NCBI GenBank assembly: GCA_051313645.2
Contig: JBNRSN020000002.1
Coordinates: 36,704,001 to 36,768,000 of the forward strand
Direction: 5' to 3'
Length of the DNA stretch: 64,000 nucleotides
DNA from: Centroscyllium fabricii
Lineage: Eukaryota
The notes under the pieces are model-generated. The model saw only the letters and a program-made list of their open reading frames with translations, searched no databases and had not been told where the DNA came from. Positions 34,100 through 47,566 of this stretch are shown here, piece after piece; position 1 is the first letter of the stretch; every line of letters begins with the position of its first letter. The position numbers and the translations under genes were made by a program.

Positions 34100-36045
34100 C
34101 AACCTGTTGTTTTCTGTCCTTAAACCAATTCCTTATTCAAGCTGCCACTGGCCCACCTATTCCATGAGCCTCAATTTTGTTCAACCAACCTTCTATGTGG
34201 TACTTTGTCAAACACCTTCCGAAAATCCATGTAGACAACATCCACTGCATTCCCTTCATCAATCCTCTCTGTTACTTCATCAAAACATTCAATTCGATTA
34301 GTCAAACACAATCTGCCTTTTACAAACCCATGTTGGCTCTCCTTACTTAGTTTAAACCTCTCCAAGTGCCCGTTAATTTTTTCCTTGATTATTGTTTCTA
34401 AAACCTTACACACCACTGATGTTAAACTGACCGGCCTGTAGTTACTAGGATTGTCCTTACACCATTTCTTGAACAATGGTGTCACATTTGCCACTTTCCA
34501 ATCTTCAGGCAATCCGCCACCGCCCCCATCGAGGGAAGATTGGAAAATTATGGCAAGCCCTTCCGCTATCTCCTCCCCCAATTCCCTTAGCAACCTGGGA
34601 TGCGAGCCATCTGGATCAGGCGATGTGTCCACTCTAGTACATCCTGTCATCAATTTTCACTCCTTCCATTGCTTCTACCTTTTCCACTTCTACCAATATT
34701 TTGTCAGCATCCACCTCCTTAGTAAACACCGATACAAAGTACTCAATGGCCCAGAAATTTGGGTTCCCACGGGTGAGTAACCGCTGGGTGCTAACGCGTA
34801 GGCCCAACGAAAGCACATGCGTGGGAAACCGGAACTTCCATTCCCTTAAAGGAAGGGGTTCACAGGTCAAACACGTGTGCCGGAGAGGCAGCGCGTATGC
34901 CTGGAACTCCCGTTTTTTTTCCAGGTTTCTCCGGGAGGGTAAGTCTACAGGAGCTACGCATGTAAAAAGCAGTCACAAGGCCGGCTTTCAACAAGGTAAG
35001 TGGTGAATTAAGTAAAATTTAAAAAAAAATTTCCACAGGTTTATTATTTTTAAATACTAAAGCAAGAAAGGTAAGTTTATTTTTAGCCCCATTAGAAAGT
35101 GTAATTAATTTATTCAAACATTTAAATTATTCTTTAAAATAGTTATTTTATGTAATTTATATTTTATTTTAAAATATGATTTAAAAAAAAAAATATTTGA
35201 AGTTTTAGATATGTTTTGGGGCTGAATTGTTTTCCTAGTTTTGACAGGTCTTCTTGTCAATTTTATGAATGGGCATTCCCTGTTACCATTGGCTCTCCAT
35301 GGCCCACGTGATCCCAGGGGACAATTCGTCCCTGGGATACGCAAGCACTGTGCGCCGGCAGTTGGAGGACACCCAGGATTGGAATCCCAGGCAGGCCCGC
35401 AGCACAACGGCCGACGCACTAGGTAAGTGCAGGTCGGAGGCTTGCACCCGCGGGAAGCCTCCGACCGAATTTCTGGGCCATTGAGTATTCTCGCCTTGCC
35501 CTGTGCCTCTAAGGATAGATCACCTACTTTGTCTCTAGTAGGCCCCACCTTGCCTCTTATTACCCCCTTACTGTTTACATGCCGGTAGAGGATTTGGGGT
35601 TCCCTTTTATGTTAACCGCCATTCTGCTCTCATATTCTCTCTTTGCCAATCTTATTTTCATCTTCACTTCCCCTCGCAACTTATTGTTTTGGTCTGGTTC
35701 TGCCTTGAAGAATTCACCGGACATTCATCATATACCCTCTTTTTTTTCCATCATCGTCTCTGTCTCTCACATCATCCAAGGAACCCTGGCTTTGGTTCCC
35801 TTACCCTTCCCTCTTGTTCGAATGTACCTAGCCTGTACTTTGAACATCTCCTCCTTAAAGATCACCCATTGTTCTGTTGCAGTTTTTCCCGTCAGTCTTC
35901 GGTTCCATTTTACCCTGGCTAGATCCTTTCGCATCCCATTGAAGTTGGTCCAATTCCAGTTTAGAAGTTCCACTCTAGATTGTTCATTGCTCCTCTCCAT
36001 TGCTAATCTAAATCTTATGATACGATGATCACTCGTACCCAACTG
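34100..36045 (-). mobile_element. CR1 ORF2 fragment interrupted by a TIR element
   Basis: ORFs 35767-36054 (SDHRIIRF) and 34171-34653 (YRPVSLTS, DFRKVFDKV). Confidence 0.85.
34748..35479. mobile_element. Non-autonomous TIR element related to 28671-29500
   Basis: GGCCCAGAAATT...AATTTCTGGGCC termini; splits the CR1 frame ILN/EYF. Confidence 0.7.
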
Positions 36046-36924
36046 TAAGTGCAATGAACAGCTAGCGCCACCAGTTTGCTACTGACCGCAAAATCCGTGC
36101 CAATATGTTGCACCATAGAATGCCTATGTTCACAGCTCCCCACGCTACTAACTCCCTCCTAGCCAATCCATATGAGGATGCACTGTGAAGTGCTGCCTCA
36201 AAAGTAAGAAAATTTAAAAGTGCAAGGAGGTCAAATCAGGCCATTGTCATTTACTTCTCTATCAATGATTATACAGCAGCATTGGCAAATGTCAAAGAAT
36301 TTACTTCACTATTGTCTCAGCTGGGAGTGACATGTACCACAATGGATTCCAAAGCAGAGGGAAAAATAATAAAGTTTTGAGGTGCAGGGCAGGAAGCTAA
36401 CTAACCATTAAGTAATTACCAAACAAAAATTTCCTGTGGAAAAAAGATTCATATGAATATTTTAACAGATCCCTGTTACCTCTGAAATAGTAAGCCAACA
36501 TATTTTAGCAAGGCCAGTAATAACAGACAATATAAATATACAAATAAAATTGCAACAGACTGCATTTATTGTATTTGGAAGATTCGCAGCACTAAATTAT
36601 TTTTTAATTATATTACCTTTAAGTGCATCTCCTGTACTGCACATTATTACTGTTCTAATCTCTGACCAATAGGATGTCATTAATGCAGTATCATGAACTA
36701 ATTTCATTTCGAATTCAGGAATATTCAACACAGTATATATTATACTGATTTAATCCATTAATGTCATCAATTCAAAAAAAGAAAAACTACCAGTAAAACT
36801 GAACCAAAAAACCTGTTAAAACCACTGCCATTTTTGATCAACAGATTCCAATGACAACAGTAAACAAAAGCTATTTTTTTCTCAAATTAACTTTCCACTA
36901 CTTAAACAATCACATTTATTATGG

Positions 36925-38760
36925 TGCAGCAGACTCTGGTGATGTGGCAGCTAGGAGCAGAGCGACTATAAAGGAGGCGGCAGCACCAGGTAGGCCCCAC
37001 AGCAGCAGCGGACTCTGGTGACGCGGCAGCGAGGAGCGGAGCGACTATAAAGGAGGCGGCAGCACCAGGTAGGTTTACCAAACTCATGTGGGAGAGAAGC
37101 AAAAAGTAACCGAAGTGTTACGTCACCAGAAAGCAGGTGATTAGTTGGTGAGTATTTCTCCCATTTTCCAATCTTAAACTTTGTGGTTTATAGTTTCTAA
37201 GCTCTCTGTGGTGTGGTGGGGACGGCTATTAAACAAGGGCTATAAGTATATCATTTAATTGTGGTGTATTGATTTGATTTAATTTAAATTAATTAAAGGG
37301 TAAGTCATGGCAGGAGAGCCCAGCCCTGTGGTTTGCTCCTCCTGCACTGTGGGAAATCAGGGACACTTCCGGTGTCCATGACGACCATGCGTGTGGGAAA
37401 TATATCCATCTGCAGCTACTGGCAGACCGCATTGAGGCACTGGAGCTGCGAATGGATAAATTCTGGAGAATTTGCGAGTCTGAGGATATTGTGCAAAGCA
37501 CGTTTAATGACTTGGTCACACCGCAGGTAAAGGCTGCATAGGCAGGAGGACAATGGGTGACCAGCAGGCAGAGTAGAAGGAGCAGGCAGGTAGTGCAGGG
37601 GCCCCCTGCGATCATCCCCCTCTCAAACAGATATACCATTTTGGATACTGTTGAGGGGGATGACTCACCAGGGGAAGGCAGCAGCAGCCAATTTCCTGGC
37701 ACCAGGGGTGGTTCTACTGCACAGGATGGGAGGGCAAAGAGTGGGAGAGCTATAATAAGAGGATTCTATTGTAAGGGGAATAGATAGGTGTGTCTGAGGC
37801 CGCAAACAAGACTCCAGGATGGTGTGTTGCCTCCCTGGTGCAAGGATGTCTCAGAGCAGCTGCAGAACATTTTGGAAGGGGAAGGTGAACAGCCAGTTGT
37901 CGTGGTGCATATAGGTACCAACGATATAGGTAAAAATGGGATGATGTCCTAATAGCTGAATATAGGGAGTTAGGAGGTAAATTAAAAAATAGGACCTCAA
38001 AGGTAGTAATCTCAGGATTGCTACCAGTGCCACGTGCTAGTCAGAGTAGAAATAGAAGGATATTTCAGGTGACTACGTGGCTAGAGGAATGGTGCAAGAA
38101 TGAGGGTTTCAAATTCCTGGGACATTGGAAGCGGTTCTGGGAGAGGTGGGACCAGTACAGACCAGACGGTTTGCACCTGGGCAGGACCGGGACCGATGTC
38201 CGAGTGGGAATGTTTGCTAATGCTGTGGGGAAGGGTTTAAACTAAAATGGCAGGGGGTTGGGAACCTGTGCAGGGAGACAGAGGAAAGGGAAACAAGAAT
38301 AGAAACAAAAGACAAGGAGAAAAGCAAAAGTGGATGGCAGAGAAATCAAGGGTTTAAATCAAACATGGCCACAGTGAAAAATAATTCTAAAAGGGCTAAG
38401 AGCATTAAAAAAACAAGCTTGAAGGCTTTGTGTCTTAATGTAAGGAGCATTCGTAACAAGGTGGATGAATTAACTACGCAAATAGAGGTAAACAAATATG
38501 ATATGATTGTGATTACGGAAACATGGATCCAGGGTGACCAAGGCTGGGAAACCAACATCCAGGGGTATGCAATATTCTGGAAAGATAGGCAAAAAGGAAA
38601 AGGAGGTGGGGTAGCATTGCTGGTTAAAGAGGGGATTAACACAATTGTAAGGAAGGATATTGGGTCTGATGTGGAATCTGTATGGGTAGAACTGGGAAAT
38701 ACCAAAGGGCAGAAAACATTAGTGGGAGTGGTATATAGATCTCCAAAGGGTAATGCAGAG
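36925..38760 (+). mobile_element. 5' part of a CR1 (repeat-containing 5' UTR, decayed ORF1 with Cys motif and SGNH esterase, start of ORF2 APE)
   Basis: MAGEPSPVVCSSC at 37307; DSIVRGID, CCLPGA, HIGTND, DGLHL; ORF 38365 ITETW, GGGVAL. Confidence 0.85.
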
Positions 38761-40734
38761 ATCGAGGATTTTGTTCCCCCCAGCAAGACGAGATCATGCC
38801 TAGCACCATTTTCAAACTTGAATATGGGGTATACAAATAGAACAGTAGAGAAACTGATGTATTATAAATATCTGTGTCCCTCCTTTGGGTTTCCTGGTGC
38901 TGTCAGTGATCAGGAGGAAAGGCCAAATCATTTGCTCCCAGGACTTTAGCTATGCCACACCTGAAAGCAACTCGCAATGAATTCCCTCCAGTTTTAAATG
39001 CCTTGGGATGTTTTGCTACGTTAAAGTCGCTATATAAATACAAGTTGTTGTTTTCCTTGGGGTGATGAGGAAAAAAGCTCGTCTCCATATCTTCTTATTG
39101 GCATCGGCAAGATCAGATACTTGTTTGGGGGAAAAATAATCACTGCCATAATCCAGCATAGCATATTGGAGCTCAATGTAACTGAGCCATCATAATACCT
39201 TTGTGTTCATCCAGTTTTAACAAAAAATAGTCAACATATTTTAGCTTGTATATGATATTACACTCTGCAATGGCTAAGTAGCTACTCTAGGTTAGGTATT
39301 TCATTACCACAATATTCTTTACATTTCTGGCTGCAGATCCTATGACTTGCACTGCATATTTTGTTCCTTAATGATCTTGGAAATGACTGACTTACTGTTG
39401 TCAGTATCAATTCATCTACACACCAGTCTATGTTGTCTTCCAAATTGGTATTCAAACCTAGAAACTCGGAGGAGAAAATTGGAGATATCCAGCATTACAG
39501 TAGTCATCGAGTCCATTATAATGTTATTATTAAGCATATCCAAATCACCCAACTGAAATGATCCCAAAAGCATGCTTGCTAAAATTACACCAAACTCAAT
39601 GACTTCTACCAGAGTAATGGACTCAATTTGGTTCAATGGTGTTTTCATCATGGAAGATACTTAAGAATAGGTCGTGCTTTCATTCACATGCTATTGACTA
39701 TCAACAGTTTCCCATGTAGCAAAACATAAATTCTTGGATACTTGGAATGGCATCAGTAAGTGTAGAAATGTTCTGATCTCCGTGCACTCACTAAGAGTCG
39801 TTAGGCGAAGATGGAAATCCAGGAAAAGAATGCATTAGAATAGAAAAGCCCCTCCAAAAAAAGTGACAGAGCAAGTTCAAGAATGAAGATCAGATTTACA
39901 CAGGCTGGAACAGTCAAGACCGATTATAGAGAGCCCATTAAGGAAAGAAAAACAAAAAGATCCGATTGAGCTGGAAAAACTGCATGATGGTCAGATGTAA
40001 GCAGTTTCCAGGAGGAGCACTGTCTCTTGAAAGCAAGTTAGCCAGTTGTGGCTGCTCCTGCCAGCATTCTAACATTTTTCATCAATGAAACAATACCACA
40101 TTCATCTGTGCATCTCCCTCATGGACCCAGTAAAACAACTAGAGTGGCAGAACAGAGTAAAAGGCAAACCCTTTGATAATTTTGAACTGTTGATGTGGAT
40201 TCAGAATACAACTATATTTCAACAATAACACAAAGATTCTTTATGCCAATATTTCCTATTATCACACATCATGCATTTGATAAATATGTCGAACAAATAC
40301 TAAAAAAATGAATTTACTGATGCGTACATGACCTTCTACTTATAATAGTTAGAAAGCCTCATCCAGCATTTGCCCCTGGCCACCTCATTAAACGACTTAA
40401 CAGTGTTTATCCATTTTTGGCAGTTACTAAGTGGTTAGGTAAAACATTTCTAACAACAGAAAATTTTATTTTAAGCTAGTGGTGTGCATATCCATGTGAA
40501 CATTAAAATTGTGTTTTAATACAGTGACATGCATTGTATACAAGTCAGTAATATTTGTGAAAATCTTATAAATACAAGCAGCTCGACAATATTTTACCCA
40601 CTGCCTTGGTTATAGGATTGAAACAATCTTGGAAAAAATAGTCTCTGTGAAGTTTGCATGTACAACTTGTACATTAGTAAAGCCACTTTAATACCTTTCA
40701 AACCCACAATGCGGTCATCTTAAATTTCAAAATA

Positions 40735-41252
40735 CAGGTTGTGCACCGAAAATCCGTGTCCCGAATAGCCGGCAGCTTCAGTCTGCCGGCACAAATTGCC
40801 CCGACTGCACTGCGCATGCGCAAAATGGCAGCCGCCATCGTGGCTTCAGCGAATGATCTGCGCATGCGCATATCATTCAAAACAGCTGCGGGTGTTTTGA
40901 ATGATCTGCGCATGCGTCACCGGACGGTTAGCGCATGCGCAGATAATTCAATACGGCCGCCCGTTATTTTCTCGACAGCTGAGCCCCGTGACTGAGGCGG
41001 ACAGTCACTAGGCAACAGCTGTCAGCCTGAGTCCCGCTCGGCGGCAGCAGCAACCCCAAAGGCGATGGAGAGGGACGGCGGACCCGGGCCCGATCTGCGC
41101 ATGCGCGCGCCAGTCAATCGCAATGTTGCGCGCATGTGCGCGGCCATTTTGAATGGTGCGCATGTGCAGTGTCCAAACTCGTTCTCCCGGTTTTTTCCAT
41201 TTCCCGGCACGGGCCTGGGCCCGCCCGTGGCGGATTAATGGTGCACAACCTG
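40735..41252 (+). mobile_element. GCGCATGCGC-rich MITE
   Basis: Perfect TIR CAGGTTGTGCACC/GGTGCACAACCTG, TA TSD. Confidence 0.9.
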
Positions 41253-41434
41253 TACTATCAACAACAAAAAATCACACCAAGTGGAGCTTAATCCTATAGA
41301 CACAGTCCTATGAAATGTTGCGAGGATTAGTGGATACTCATCTATTTCTGAGTAGTTTCTATTTTGCAACAATCTACAATTTTTATCAGAACACTCTAAA
41401 CTTTGAGAGAAAATTAAGGTGATCCTCTGGGAAA

Positions 41435-41805
41435 ACACAGAAACTAGGGGCAGGAGTAGGCCACTTGGCCCTTCGAGCCTGCTCCGCCATTTTTATGAGA
41501 TCATGGCTGATCCTCCAAACCCAGCATCCCCCTCCTACCCTCTCCCCATATCCCCCAACACCCCCAACTCTAAGAACTATATCTCACACACATACTCATG
41601 GGCAATTTTTAGTATCGCCAATTCACCTAACCTGCATGTCTTTGGGTGGTGGGAGGAAAGCGGAGTACCCGGAGGAAACCCACACGAACACGGGGAGAAC
41701 ATGCAAACTCCACGCAGAGAGGTCCCGGGTCAAGCAGGATTCGAACCCAGGAGCTCCTTATTGCGAGGCAGCAGTGCTAACCACTGCGCCACCGTGTCGT
41801 CCATC
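41435..41805 (-). mobile_element. V-SINE subfamily 2
   Basis: Matches 9465-9832. Confidence 0.85.
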
Positions 41806-42458
41806 CACTGCGTCACCGTGTCGTCCATTGCCTGTAAGTTGTGAGAAGAATCTGTGAAGCTACTCATGAGTTATTCTGATTTTAGAATTATGGCAAGAAA
41901 ACACAAAATGCTATTAAATCTATCCCTATTTCCATTGGAAAATAAAATTTATGAGTACAGAAAAATGTCTTCAGATAATTTGACAAATTTCAAGACTGTT
42001 TTCAAGCCTTCAAAATGAGAAGAATTAGTGATTCCCAGCTAGGGGTTTGGATCAATTTCACTGCTACTACTTTACCTATTTGTTACAGATTGACTCAGTT
42101 GGCATCTCTCACATCCAAGTCAGAAATTTCTGGGTTAAAGCCCCACAGCAAAACTAGGCTACAGAATGGGAGTATTTCACTACAAGCAACTAAGTGGGTA
42201 TGAAGCACTTTGCAACATCAGAAACGTGCTAAGATGCGATATACACCCTGTAAATTAATTTCCATCAAAATCCGAACAAACATACCTTCCCCGCCACCCC
42301 ACCCCACCTCTACTCAATGTTTTCTAAATAAAAGGTAAGGTTCATACACATTTTAGATAGTTAAAAGTTTAATGAAATAGCTACAATATAACACAATAAA
42401 AACAGAAAATGCTTGAAATACTCAGCAGGTCAGGCAGCACCTGTGGAGAGAGAAACAG

Positions 42459-42495
42459 AGTTAACGTTTCAGGTCGATGACGCTTCGTCAGAACT
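42459..42495 (-). ncRNA. Minimal hammerhead ribozyme in Penelope pLTR
   Basis: AGTT-CTGACGA-stem II-GAAA-CG-TT-AACT. Confidence 0.7.
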
Positions 42496-43385
42496 GGAAA
42501 AAGCAGGAGATGGAACAGGTTTTTAAGCAAGTGTCGGGGCAGAGAAAGGGGGGAGGGGAGGAAAGAACAAAAGGGAAGGTCTGTGATCGGGTGGAAGGCA
42601 GGAGAGATTAAGAGACATTAAGAGATGATGGTGGAAGGCAAAAGGAGATGGTAATGGGACAAGTTAAGAAACAAAAGATGGCTCTAGATGAAGTGTAAAT
42701 GACACTGGCAGAATGAAAACAGCTGCCATGTGGGAGCGAGAAAAATAAAATAAATACATGGAAAAAAAGGGTGGGGCAGAGGTTATGGTCTGAAATTGTT
42801 GAACTCTATGTGGAGTTCAGAAGGCTGTAGAGTGCCTAATCGAAAGATGAGGTGCTGTTCCTCAAGCTTACGTTGAGCTGCAGTGGAACAATGCAAGAGG
42901 CAGAGGATGGTGAGGTCTGAGTGGGAATGGAACGGTGAATTGAAATGACAGGCGACCAGAAGCTCGGGGTCACCCTTAAGAACTGAACAGAGGTGTTCCG
43001 CAAAATGGTCACCCAATCTGCGTTTGGTCTCCCCAATGTAGAGGAGACCGCATCATGAGCAGCGAATACAGTATACTAGATTGCAAGAGGTACAAGTAAA
43101 TCACTGTTTCACCTGGAAGGAGTGTTTGGGGCCCTGGACAGTGGGAAGGGGAGGGGGGGGGGGGGGGGGGAGGTAAAAGAGCAGGTGTTGCATCTCCTGC
43201 TTGTACAGGAAGGTGCCGGGCAAAGGGGAAGGAGTGTTGGGGGTGATAGAAGAGTGGACCAGGGTGTCGCGAAGGGAGCGGTCTCTTCGGTATGCTGAAG
43301 GGGAGGTGAGGGGAAGATGCGTTTGGTGGTGGGATCACGCTGGAGGTGGCAGAAATGGGGGAGGATGATCCATTGAATATGGAGG

Positions 43386-43678
43386 TGTGGTAACCCTTGT
43401 ATATAGTTGTTTACCACTGTTATTATTGTACCAATAATGGGCTGTGCGGATGTAAGGCACAGCCCTGTATACTGTGTAATACTGTTGGGAGCCAGGTCAG
43501 CCACACCTCTAACTCCTCCCCCAGGTGAGGCCCCTTTATAGGTGGAAACTGACCGAGGCTCCTCATTCCTGTACAGAAGTTCGTTCCGGAGGGTAGCTCC
43601 GTTCTTTAGCGATTAAAAGCCTTTAGTTTCGGTAACTACTCGTCGACTCTTTTAATCTGAGGTATTGACGATACGTCA
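43386..43678 (+). mobile_element. Gypsy solo LTR
   Basis: TGTGGTAACC...ACGTCA, TSD GGAGG. Confidence 0.9.
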
Positions 43679-44890
43679 GGAGGCTGGTGGGATGAAAGGT
43701 GAGGATAAGGGGAACCCGATCGTGATTCCGGGAGCGAGGGGAAGGGGTGAGAGCATAAGTGCGGTCAAGGGTCGTGTCAACCACAGCAGAAGGGAATCCT
43801 CGGTTGAGGAAAAAGGAAGACATGTCGGAAGCACTGGTATGGAAGGTGGCATCGTCAGAACAGATGCGGCGGAGACAGAGAAACTGGGAGAATGCAATAG
43901 AGTCCTTACAGGAAGCGGGTTGGGAGGAAGTGTAGTCCAGGTAGCTGTGGGAGTCAGTGGGCTTGTAGTGAATGTTTGTCAACCCCCAGAGTTGGAGACA
44001 GAGAAGTTGAGCAAAGGAAGGGAAGAGTCGGAGATGGACCATGTGAAGCTCAGGGAAGGGTGAAAATTGGAAGAAAAGTGAATAAAATTTTCTGTTTCAG
44101 GGCGAGAGCAGCAAATAGCACAGATACAGTCATCAATGTACCGGAAAAAGAGGTGAAGGAGGGGACTAGAGTAGGACTAGAACAAAGAATGTTCCACATA
44201 TCCCACGAAAAGGCAGGCATGGCTAGCACCCATGCGGGTTCCCATAGCAACACCTTTAATTTGGAGTTAGTGAGTGGAGTCAAAAGAGAAGTTGTTCAGC
44301 CAGGCGGAGGAGGGTGGTGGTGGATGGGGACTGGTTGGGACTCTGTTCAAGGAAGAAGCAGAGCACCTTCAGGCCATCCTGGTGGGGGATGCAGGTGCAG
44401 AGGGATTGGACGTCCAAAGTGAAAAGGAAATGGTTGGGGCCAGGAAACTGGAAACTGTTCATGTGGCGGAGGGCGTTGGAAAAGCTGCGGGTGTAGGTGG
44501 GTAGAGACTGGACAAGGGGAGGAAAAATAGAGTTGAGATAGGAAGAGATAAGTTCCGTGGGGCAAGAACAGGCTGAAATGATGCATCTCGCAAGGCAGTC
44601 CTGTTTGTGGATCTTGGGAAGGAGGTAGAAGCGGGCTGTGCGGGATTGGGGAACTATGAGGTTGGCGCCCGTGAAAGGAAGATCTCCAGAGGAGATGAGG
44701 TCAGTGACGGCCCACATGGCAGCTGTCTTTCATTCGGCCAGTGCCATTTACACTTTATTTAGAGCCATCTTTTGTTTCTTAACTTGACCCATTGTCATCT
44801 CCTTTTGCCTTGCACCATCTCTTAATCTTCCTTAATGTCTCTTAATCTCTCCTGCCTTCCATCCCATCACAGACCTTTCCTTTTGTTCTT

Positions 44891-47510
44891 TCGGCACAGA
44901 CAGGGCACTCTTTGGTCATAGCCTTAATCTCCGCAATGGAGTAGGGGAGGTTGCGGGACTTGACAAAATGGGCGAGCTTGGTGACCACCGGGTGGCAGAG
45001 GTTATTGTGGAGGGCCTGCAGTCTGTTGAGCTGGGCACTGGCGCACGTTCCCCTGGACAGGGCGTCCGGGGGCTCGTTGAGCTTACCGGGCCGGTAAATA
45101 ATGTCATTCTCGTAGGTCGAGAGTTCGATCCGCCACCTGAGGATCTTGTCATTCTTGATTTTACCCCGTTGTTTGTTGTTAAACATAAACGCCACTGACC
45201 GTTGGTCTGTGAGCAGGGTCAATTTCTTACCGGTCAGGTAGTGGCGCCAGTAGCACACTGCCTCCACGATAGCTTGGGTGGCCTCCTCCACCGAGGACTG
45301 GCGAATTTCGGGTCCCTGTAGGGTTCAGGAAAAGAAAGCGATGGGCCTGCACGCCTGGTTGAGGGTGGCGGCCACGGCGAACTCCGATGCGTCGCTCTTG
45401 ACTTGGAAGTGAATGGACTCAATGGCGTGCATGGTTGCCTTGATAATATCTTCTTTAATCCGGGAGAAGGCCGCCTCGGTTTCTACCGGGAGTGGGAAAA
45501 CGGTAGCTTTGAGGAGAGGCCGGGCCTTATCCGCATACCTGGGGCACCCATTGAGCGTAATAAGAGAAAAACCCCAGGCATCCCTTCAAAGCTTTGAGAT
45601 TGTGGGGTAGGGGCAGCTCCTGCAGGGGGCGCATATGATCGGGATCGGGGACGAGGACCCCGTTCTCCAATACATAGCAGAGGATGGCGAGGCGGGTGGT
45701 GCTAAAGGTACATTTGTCCTCGTTGTACGTGAGGTTCAGACGCCGGGCCGTACGGAGAAATTTGTCGAGGTTAGTGTCATGGTCCTGCTGGTCATGGCCG
45801 CAGATGGTGACGTTGTCTAAGTAGGGGAAGGTGGCCTGCAACTTGTTCTGGTCAACCATTTGGTCCATCTCCCGCTGGAAGACCGACACTCCGTTGGTAA
45901 CACCGAAGGGGACCCGGAGGAAGTGGTAGAGTCACCCGTTCGCCTCGAAGGTGGTATACCAGATGTCCGCAGCCTGAATGGGGAGCTGGTGGTATGCCGA
46001 CTTAAGGTCGATGGTGGAACAAACCTTGTACTGGGCGATCTAGTTGACCATGTCTGTGATACAGGGAAGGGGGTACGCGTCGAGCCCAGTGTAGCGGTTA
46101 ATGGTCTGGCTGTAGTCTATGACCATGCGCAGTTTTTCACCGGTCTTAACCACTACGACTTGGGCCCTCCAAGGGCTGGTAGTGGCCTCAATGATCCCCC
46201 CCAGCAGCAGTTGCTCGACCTCCGTCCTGATAAAAGCCCGGTCCCCTGCACTGTATCGCCGATTCTTGGTCGCAATGGGTTTGTAGTTGGGGTCGAGGTT
46301 GGCGAACAGTGAGGGGGGGTCAACATTTAGCGTGTACAGGCCGCAGGTCGAGTGCTGTGGTAGGTTGTGGTAGTCCCGGCTACTGACCGTGAGGGGGGGA
46401 CAGGGGCCCGCCGTACGCCATCGTCACACTCTGCAGGTTGCACTGGAAATCCAGTCCCAGTAACACTGGTGCGCAGAGCTGCGGGAGGACGTACAATTTA
46501 AAAATGCGGTACGTTGACCCCTTGACCGTGAGCGTGACCATGCAGTAGCCGGTGATGTCCGCAGTGTGGGACTTGGAGGCCAGGGAGATTTGGTAGCGTG
46601 TGGGTCTGACAGGCAGTGCATAGCACCGCACCGTGTCGGGGTGTATAAAACTCTCCGTACTCCCAGTATCGAACAGACAGTTCATGGCGTGCCCCTCAAC
46701 CATGATTGCCATCATGGAGTTAGTCAAGGGGTTTGGCCTGGACTGGTCGACAGTGGCTGAGGCCAGTGTTGTGGGTATGCTGGGGCCCTCCGACGGCTGG
46801 GGCTCTTCTGCCGTCACTGCATCGCAGTCGCAGGCCCGTACGAGGGTCTGGAGCGCCCGGAGGAATTCAGCATTCGACTCACCCGGCTGTTGTCTTCTGG
46901 CAGTCAGTAGGTGCCTGGCGTACACCGAGTTGACCGGGCGTAAGTAATGGCCCTTCAGCTTTCCGACGGCATCTTTGTACGTTTTGGTGTCTCTGATGAG
47001 TGAGTACACCCGGCTGCTGACTCTGGAGACCAGTACTTGGAGTTTATCGTCGTCACCGGCTTTCATAGCTCTCAAGTAGGCCTCGAAACAGCTGAGCAAG
47101 TGCTCAAAAGTAGTTTGCTGCATTCGGTGCCTGGGGATCGAAATCTAGGCGGTCCGGTTTCAATGCGTTCTCCATTGTCGAAAATTGTGTGAATAAAATT
47201 GACGTACCGTCAATAGGGACAAAGACGAAGAGTTAACCTTAACTAAGCGGCTTTTATTCACTAAAGAATGGAGCGTGTCTCGGCTGAGCTCAGTGGTGTA
47301 CTGACCAGAGGTGGGTGAGCAAGCACCGAAGTACCGCAGTGCGGAGGTGGAGTCAGAGGTGGGGTCAGCCGGGGCAAGCTCCTACATATATCGGTATACA
47401 GGTATTTACAGATCACAGTACAGTATTTACATAGGCAGTAGTAAGGTATTTACAGGTAATAGTACAGCATTACAACAGTGGTATGGCATTAGTGATAATG
47501 GTTTACCACA
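44891..47510 (-). mobile_element. Deleted, decayed Ty3/Gypsy (5' LTR 47200-47510, gag-PR-RT-RH, truncated in integrase)
   Basis: LFDTGS, FPYLDNVTICG, LLTDQRSVAFMF; 3' LTR absent. Confidence 0.9.
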
Positions 47511-47529
47511 TCCACCTTCAGCTTTTTCC

Positions 47530-47566
47530 AGTTCTGATGAAGGGTCATCGACCTGAAACGTTAACT
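47530..47566 (+). ncRNA. Minimal hammerhead ribozyme in inverted Penelope pLTR
   Basis: AGTT-CTGATGA-AGGGTCATCGACCT-GAAA-CG-TT-AACT. Confidence 0.75.

Noticed and set aside
36617-36745. 42-codon open stretch ending at a GT donor (minus strand)
   Set aside because: Acceptor lacks a pyrimidine tract and the phase does not fit the 39396-39457 candidate
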